From Chloroflexota bacterium (GTDB lineage: Bacteria; Chloroflexota; Dehalococcoidia; UBA2247; JAUWOP01), in the NCBI GenBank assembly GCA_030612045.1, contig JAUWOP010000001.1:26767-90766 (forward strand): a stretch of DNA of 64,000 nt, read 5' to 3'. The position numbers were made by a program, and so were the translations under genes. Shown one piece after another: positions 58,186 to 64,000 of the stretch. The notes under the pieces were generated by a model. The model had not been told where the DNA came from. It saw nothing but the letters and a program-made list of their open reading frames with translations, and searched no databases. Positions within the stretch are counted from its first letter, which is position 1. The number at the start of each line of letters is the position of its first letter.

Positions 58186-59937
58186 ATGGGGAAGATACGG
58201 AGGGTTTCAGGCCCGCTGGTCATCGGTGAAGAGATGGAGGGCGCCCAGATTTATGAGCTTGTTGAAATAGGTAAGGAGGGGCTGGTAGGAGAGGTTATTG
58301 GGCTGGAGGGAGATAATGTAATAATTCAGGCACATGAAGATACTTTAGGACTGGAGGTGGGTGAAGAGGTCAGGGGGACAGGGAGCATTTTATCCGTAGA
58401 GTTAGGCCCCGGAATAGTGGGAGCTATCTATGACGGGTTACAGAAATCCTTGACTGATTTGATGAAGGATAGCTCGTTCATAAAACGAGGAGTGAAATCA
58501 CCGGCATTACCTCGAGATAAGAAGTGGAGCTTCACACCCAAAATTAAGGTAGGAGATACGGTCAACGAAGGGGATATAATAGGCACAGTTCCTGAGACCG
58601 AGCTTGTCGAGCACAGAATAATGGTGCCACCAGGAGTTAAGGGAGTAGTAGAGAAGATAGGTGAGGGCAATTATACTGTTGAAGAACCGATAGTATGGCT
58701 GAAGGGTGATAGGGAGACAAAAGAGCTTACCATGGTACAAAGATGGCCTGTAAGGAAACCTCGTCCCTATAAAGGAAGGCTTGCTCCTTCAGGGCTGCTA
58801 GTTACCGGAATGCGGATTATGGATTACCTGTTTCCCCTAGCTTTGGGTGGTAAGGCAGCAATACCAGGAGGTTTCGGTACTGGTAAGACCGTTGCACTAC
58901 AGCAGCTTGCCAGGTGGTCTCAGACACAACTTAACATCTATGTGGGGTGCGGCGAAAGAGGCAACGAGATGTCCGATGTGCTCTATAGCTTCAGAAAGCT
59001 TAAGGACCCCGCTACAGGCAGGTTACTGCAGGAGAAAGAGATATTCCTGGCTAATACCTCTAATATGCCTGTGGTAGCCCGTGAAGCAAGCATCTTTGTC
59101 GGTATCACCCTGGCTGAGTATTTTAGGGACATGGGTTACGATGTGCTGATGGTGGCAGATTCAACCTCAAGATGGGCTGAAGCTATGAGAGAGATTGGTG
59201 GCAGACTGGAAGAGATGCCTGGTGAGGAGGGTTTTCCTGCATATATGGGTTCACGACTTGCCTCATTTTATGAGAGGGCAGGGGTGGTGGAATGCCTCGG
59301 TGCACCTGAGAGGAAGGGGTCAATAACACTGGTTGGTGCGGTAAGCCCTCCCGGAGCTGATTTCAGTGAGCCGGTAACTCAGAATACACTCAGGATAGTA
59401 GATGCATTGTACTCCCTGGATGTTTCACTGGCGAATAAGAGACATTTCCCCACCATAAGCTGGCTTACCAGCTACAGTCTTTACGTAGATGCGGTGAGAG
59501 ATTGGTGGAACCAGATTGATTCAGGGTGGGAAAATCTGAGAGCTAACGCACTGAGTATTCTACAGCAGGAAGCTGAGCTTGAGGAAATTGTAAGGCTGGT
59601 GGGTCCTGAGGCACTGCCTGAAAGGGACAAGCTATTATTACTGGCAGCAAGAATGATACGCGAGGATTTCCTCCAGCAGAGTGCTTACCATGAAGTTGAT
59701 ACCTATTCTGAACCTTCCAGGGCTAATCTTATGATGAAGACCATAAGCAAGTTTTATGAGCTGACTCAAGCAATGCTAGATTCTGGAGTGAGTGTAGCAG
59801 ATGTTCGTTCTTCTCCTATAGTGTATAAAATATCACGCATGAAGGATATACCCCATGAGGACTTCGAGCAGAGAATCAAGGAGCTGTGGTTGGAGATGGA
59901 GTCTAGCTTGGTGCCTCAGAAAGGAGGGGTCTTATGA
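58186..59937 (+). CDS. atpA: A/V-type ATPase catalytic subunit A (no intein)
   Basis: GPFGSGKT-type P-loop (GGFGTGKTV), 583 aa. Confidence 0.9.
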   Translation: MGKIRRVSGPLVIGEEMEGAQIYELVEIGKEGLVGEVIGLEGDNVIIQAHEDTLGLEVGEEVRGTGSILSVELGPGIVGAIYDGLQKSLTDLMKDSSFIKRGVKSPALPRDKKWSFTPKIKVGDTVNEGDIIGTVPETELVEHRIMVPPGVKGVVEKIGEGNYTVEEPIVWLKGDRETKELTMVQRWPVRKPRPYKGRLAPSGLLVTGMRIMDYLFPLALGGKAAIPGGFGTGKTVALQQLARWSQTQLNIYVGCGERGNEMSDVLYSFRKLKDPATGRLLQEKEIFLANTSNMPVVAREASIFVGITLAEYFRDMGYDVLMVADSTSRWAEAMREIGGRLEEMPGEEGFPAYMGSRLASFYERAGVVECLGAPERKGSITLVGAVSPPGADFSEPVTQNTLRIVDALYSLDVSLANKRHFPTISWLTSYSLYVDAVRDWWNQIDSGWENLRANALSILQQEAELEEIVRLVGPEALPERDKLLLLAARMIREDFLQQSAYHEVDTYSEPSRANLMMKTISKFYELTQAMLDSGVSVADVRSSPIVYKISRMKDIPHEDFEQRIKELWLEMESSLVPQKGGVL

Positions 59938-61352
59938 ATTTCTCTCCCCTTTATGTAAAGGAATCTAGGGCAATTAACAGTGCTAAGGGCTCTCTGCTCG
60001 TAGCAGAGAGTATCCCAGGGATAAAGCTTGGGGAAATGGTTGATATCATACTCCGAAATAAGGATGTGAGAGCAGCCCAGGCAATAGACATTAGTAAAGA
60101 AACGGCTGTATTTCAGGTATTTGGTGGGGTAAGTGAGGTAGACCTTACGGGGAGTAAGATAAGATGCAGAGGAGAGTCCTTAAAACTAGCAGTATCCATT
60201 GACATCCTGGGGAGGATATTTAATGGATTGGGAGAACCTATAGATGGAGGTTCCCCCACGGTTGCCGAAGACTATCGGGATATTGGTGGTGCCCCTATGA
60301 ATCCTGCATCTCGTGAGCCCCCGTCTGAGTTTATTGAGACTGGCATATCAGCTATAGACGGGCTAAATGCTCTGGTAAGGGGGCAGAAGCTGCCCATATT
60401 CAGTGGCTCAGGTTTACCACATAATCGAATTATAGCTCAAATAGTTAGACAGGCTACTATAAAGGGCAAAGAGGAGGGATTTGCCATAGTATTCGCCGCT
60501 GTTGGTGTGAGCTACAACGATGCTGCTTTTTTTATGCGGAACCTTGAAGAGACAGGAGCGCTGGAAAGGTCTGTAGCATTTATCAATATAGCGTCAGACC
60601 CCGTAATAGAGCGTATTTCAACACCAAGGCTGGCATTAACTGCTGCCGATTACCTGGCACTGGAACACCATATGCATGTACTGGTGATAATTAGCGACAT
60701 GACCAGCTATTGTGAAGCTCTCCGTGAGCTTTCCGCTACACGGGAGGAGATACCCTCAAGAAGAGGATACCCCGGATACATGTATACTGACCTTGCTACA
60801 ATGTATGAGAGGGCTGGCAGAATATTCGGGCAAGAAGGCTCAGTGACTATAATGCCCATTCTGACCATGCCTGATGATGACATAACACACCCTATTCCTG
60901 ACCTCACTGGTTACATAACCGAAGGACAAATTGTGCTCTCCAGAGAGCTAGAAAGAAAGGGCGTATATCCCCCTATAAATGTCTTCTTGTCTCTGTCCCG
61001 AATGATGAAAGAGGGAATCGGAGCAGGTAAAACCAGGGAGGACCATAATAATGTCTTCATGCAGCTGTATGCTGCCTATGCTGAAGGATGCTATCTCAGG
61101 GAGATATCAACCATCATAGGCGCCGAGGCATTGAGTGAGAGAGATAAATTATACCTGACGATTGCAGACAGGTTCGAGAGGGAATTTATCTCTCAGGGTG
61201 AGCGTGAAAAGAGGTCAGTGGAGGAAACTCTCGATATAGGATGGAGGCTATTCTCATCTCTGCCCGAGGGAGACTTGAAGCTGATTAGCGAGGGCTATAT
61301 TCAGAAATACCTTCCAAAACATAGGGAAGAAGGGGTTTTAGTTCCTGATTAA
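59934..61352 (+). CDS. atpB: A/V-type ATPase subunit B
   Basis: 472 aa non-catalytic B subunit; ...[12 protein letters not shown]... Confidence 0.9.
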   Translation: MNFSPLYVKESRAINSAKGSLLVAESIPGIKLGEMVDIILRNKDVRAAQAIDISKETAVFQVFGGVSEVDLTGSKIRCRGESLKLAVSIDILGRIFNGLGEPIDGGSPTVAEDYRDIGGAPMNPASREPPSEFIETGISAIDGLNALVRGQKLPIFSGSGLPHNRIIAQIVRQATIKGKEEGFAIVFAAVGVSYNDAAFFMRNLEETGALERSVAFINIASDPVIERISTPRLALTAADYLALEHHMHVLVIISDMTSYCEALRELSATREEIPSRRGYPGYMYTDLATMYERAGRIFGQEGSVTIMPILTMPDDDITHPIPDLTGYITEGQIVLSRELERKGVYPPINVFLSLSRMMKEGIGAGKTREDHNNVFMQLYAAYAEGCYLREISTIIGAEALSERDKLYLTIADRFEREFISQGEREKRSVEETLDIGWRLFSSLPEGDLKLISEGYIQKYLPKHREEGVLVPD

Positions 61353-61363
61353 AGGCGAAGTAA

Positions 61364-61993
61364 ATGGCACAACCGTTCAAAGTTAGACCGACAAAGATTG
61401 AGTTAGTGAACCTGAAGCGCAGGCTTGCATTATCTTCGAGAGTACAGAAGATAATAAAGGATAGACTTTCCATACTAACTCTGGAATTTTTGCAGACGGC
61501 AAGAGAGACTGTAGAAGCCAAGAGGAGATTGCTTAGCAATTTCGCTGAGGTCTATAGAGCATTATCAATTACCGTAGGGTATCATGGGTATATAGCCTTG
61601 GAAAAGGAATTGATAGCCTCCGAGAGAGATTTGGGAGTTGCTGCTGGCTCAAGAAGTGTGGCAGGAGTGAGAACTCCTTCCTTTGAGCTAATGAGTCACA
61701 ATGGAGTAGGACGAGGATATAATTTAGTTGATACCTCTTCATGGGTAGACCAAACGGCACAATTATCTGAAAAATGTCTTGAGGCTATTGTCGAGTTAGC
61801 TGAGTCCCAGAGGAATCTGGAGCTACTCGGAATGGAGATAAGCAGGACAAAAAGAATCTCTAACGCCCTGGAATATATAGTAATTCCCGGCTTGCAAGCA
61901 ACGATAAAGTACCTGGAGCAGAAGTTTGAGGAGAGGGATAGAGAAGAGAAAACACGATTAAAACGTGTGAAGATACTACTCCAGCAAAGATAA
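61364..61993 (+). CDS. atpD: A/V-type ATPase subunit D
   Basis: MAQPFKVRPTKIELVNLKRRL is the typical D-subunit N-terminus. Confidence 0.8.
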   Translation: MAQPFKVRPTKIELVNLKRRLALSSRVQKIIKDRLSILTLEFLQTARETVEAKRRLLSNFAEVYRALSITVGYHGYIALEKELIASERDLGVAAGSRSVAGVRTPSFELMSHNGVGRGYNLVDTSSWVDQTAQLSEKCLEAIVELAESQRNLELLGMEISRTKRISNALEYIVIPGLQATIKYLEQKFEERDREEKTRLKRVKILLQQR

Positions 61994-62063
61994 CTAGAGA
62001 TAGCGGTAGAGAGGGGACAACTGGTCTCTGTCTCTATCACAAACCCCCATCTGACGTTGAAAT

Positions 62064-62492
62064 ATGTTACCTTATGAGAAAGCACTTCAGGAATATCTGA
62101 GGGATGAGCTTAGGGTAGTAAATGCTCATCTTCCCAGCCACCAAAAATCGTTATCAGCCTTGCTCCAGGAGGATTATCCTCATGTAAGATGCCAGGATGG
62201 TAATGTTTACCTCTTCAAGAAGAAGGAGTTGGAATATCTTGCCAGCCTGGTAGATGCCGCAGAGCAGGAAGCACTATCACTTCCTATACTTATAGAATCG
62301 GGTTCAAATCAAGGTGAAGTAGCAATAATATGCAGGGGAGAGGTGGAGGAGAAGGTTATTTCCCATATTCTTGATATGCCTGTTACGAGCCAAAAAGGAA
62401 AAATTGTGATATATAGACCACAGCTAGCCTTACTAAGGAAGACATTAAAAACCACAACCCAGTATGTGTTTTCCCCCGCAATCCTCAAATAA
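62064..62492 (+). CDS. DUF61/UPF0216-like protein (family otherwise typical of archaea)
   Basis: ...ELRVVNAHLPSHQKSLSALLQEDYPHV...LPILIE...IVIYRPQLALLRKTLKTTTQYVF resembles UPF0216 motifs. Confidence 0.45.
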   Translation: MLPYEKALQEYLRDELRVVNAHLPSHQKSLSALLQEDYPHVRCQDGNVYLFKKKELEYLASLVDAAEQEALSLPILIESGSNQGEVAIICRGEVEEKVISHILDMPVTSQKGKIVIYRPQLALLRKTLKTTTQYVFSPAILK

Positions 62493-62860
62493 GAGCTTGT
62501 CCAGTCATCAGCCCTCAGATACTTCCACTAATCAGCAGATTGATAGACGGTAAGTATTCACCCACTCGATTACTAATCACAGGAGTCTTCGAGTTGCACC
62601 TGCTTTCCCATGGAATATTGAAGGTTCTCGTTGGTATTTGCAAGCGCCGTGAGAACAAACTCACCCCACAAGTTACCCTCCCTCAGAGGAATGTTGTGGT
62701 AGAAAAATCACACGATGAGAACTTATTCCCAGTAAGTAGGAGCGGAGAAAGCAATTGAGCTTTTACTGGGGTAGTGAAGAAAATACGGATTATTTTTGTT
62801 CTTGTACAAGAGGAGACTTAGAGTAAGGGAAGGCATTTGCTAGCCTTGGGGCAAGGTGAA

Positions 62861-63020
62861 TTAAGGAGTGGAAATTATCTCTAAATTCCCAACCCTTTCA
62901 AAATCCCTGTCAGCAGTCAGGATGGCTAGATCATGGTAAAGGCGATAGGAGTTTAGCCACAGTCTTTTCATTGCCCCGCAGGTATTCAATAATCCAGGTG
63001 GTGTCAACCAGGTATCTCAC
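62861..63020 (-). pseudogene. Decayed VapC-type PIN toxin (N-terminal and C-terminal fragments in different frames, middle deleted)
   Basis: The GTG start overlaps the antitoxin stop. VRYLVDTTWIIEYLRGNEKTVAKLL then a frameshifted ...LAILTADRDFERVGNLEIIS. Confidence 0.5.
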
Positions 63021-63241
63021 AAGCTGATTTCCTGACCATGGTGGCGTCGGCTGGCATAGATATCCCTTAGGAATTCGTCAAAATCCAAAGTCTCCTTCCA
63101 ACTTCCAGCCGCCCTAACAAAAGCATCCTCCCGAGGGATTTCCTTTATGACGACCACTATCTTCTCACCTTCTTTAAGTTCCAACTTTTCCAAGGGCTCG
63201 ATTACACCTTTGGAAAACCTGGCTCTAATTTCCTTTGCCAT
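63017..63241 (-). CDS. DUF104-family antitoxin-like protein
   Basis: ...RFSKGVIEPLEKLELKEGEKIVVVIKEI... matches the DUF104 pattern. Confidence 0.55.
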   Translation of the reverse strand: MAKEIRARFSKGVIEPLEKLELKEGEKIVVVIKEIPREDAFVRAAGSWKETLDFDEFLRDIYASRRHHGQEISL

Positions 63242-63638
63242 ATTTCCCCCTTTGATGCGTTCTTCCTTTTACTCACTCCTAATAGGTAGTATACCATAAA
63301 AGACTTATCCCGAGATGCAGACAAACTCTCGCCAGAGCTGCGTTCCTGTTTTGCTACACGCAGACTTCAATCCTACACCAGAGAGGAGTATCGCACAGTA
63401 ATAAAGGGGGTACTCACGCACCGTGAGGAGGTCGCTCCAGAGATAGCTGAGGAGGTTGCCCACAGGCTTGATGGCAGAACCCAGGATGTGCGGGATGCCG
63501 TCCGGGTTGCCAGGCTATCACCCCAGGTAGGAGTGGAGAAGGCAATTGAGATTTTGCTGGGGTAGAGTGCAATTTCACGTTTAGGCAGCCTTGAAACCTT
63601 CCATTACCTTATGACTGAGTGAACATTCTGGACTTTTG

Positions 63639-63986
63639 TTACTTGCTGAGCCGCTTCGTTGTAAGCTTCCTCTGAGCACCAGGGGTCTTAGTGAGTTGCT
63701 CTAGTTCATCTAACCGTTGCTCAAAAAAGGTAGCAATCTGCTGCAATTCCTCAACATCTTTTGTGCCGCTAATGAGCTGATCAAGTAAGTGAGCGTCACT
63801 TGGTAAACCGATCTCAACAAGCTGTGCAGGCATTTCAGGCCGTGATAGTGGAAACACATGTGCTCGAAGTAGGAAGGCACGCGCAATATGAGTAGCAAAC
63901 ATAAGATATTCCTCTTCAGCAGCATCCCAATCGCCATCCTCAAGCATGCGAGAGGCTATAGATTGGCGTTTGCGAGCATGGTGCAC
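63639..63986 (-). CDS. HEPN-domain protein (probable toxin of a HEPN/MNT pair; the partner would lie beyond the window end)
   Basis: 115-aa helical protein containing an R-x(4-6)-H type motif. Confidence 0.4.
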   Translation of the reverse strand: MHHARKRQSIASRMLEDGDWDAAEEEYLMFATHIARAFLLRAHVFPLSRPEMPAQLVEIGLPSDAHLLDQLISGTKDVEELQQIATFFEQRLDELEQLTKTPGAQRKLTTKRLSK

Positions 63987-64000
63987 TTTTAGTTGCCAGT

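Overview
The window is probably bacterial chromosomal DNA. The evidence is a bacterial-type LeuS, DnaN, MutL, HspR, RNase III, the MEP-pathway genes IspG and IspH, a tRNA-Gly with U73, and sigma70-like promoters. It also carries many archaeal-type genes: a complete A-type ATPase operon in H-I-K-K-E-C-F-A-B-D order, an FBP aldolase/phosphatase, two tandem PAC2-family proteins, a DUF61 protein and a geranylgeranyl reductase. Housekeeping blocks are pyrB (partial), rimI, a HIT protein, rtcA, a ROK kinase, fbp, rdgB, dnaN, hsp20, dnaJ-hspR-clpC, ispG, an acyl-CoA dehydrogenase, polX, a second dnaJ, mutL, corA, yhhQ, dtd, rnc, leuS, ispH, plsC, cmk, leuB, leuD, an aminotransferase, meaB and a B12-binding mutase subunit, plus two tRNAs (Val-CAC, Gly-CCC). 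The most distinctive region is a roughly 9 kb minus-strand cluster at 27.1-36.2 kb made almost entirely of function-unknown envelope-associated proteins. It contains a MoxR AAA+ ATPase, a DUF58 protein, a DUF4350-like protein, a 652-aa secreted protein (coiled-coil plus Ig-like domains, anchored by a C-terminal TM helix followed by a DUF4129-like tail), three small membrane proteins and a DUF1015 protein. The window is also unusually dense in small modular palindromic repeats, at least four families. Two of these sit in frame inside predicted coding sequences, as Rickettsia RPE elements do. Other points of note are a degraded IS481-like transposase, a truncated B12-radical-SAM gene, a decayed VapC toxin beside an intact antitoxin, and G/C homopolymer tracts inside coding sequences. 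I found no CRISPR array and no rRNA. All calls come from reading the sequence and the ORF translations; no database search was run.
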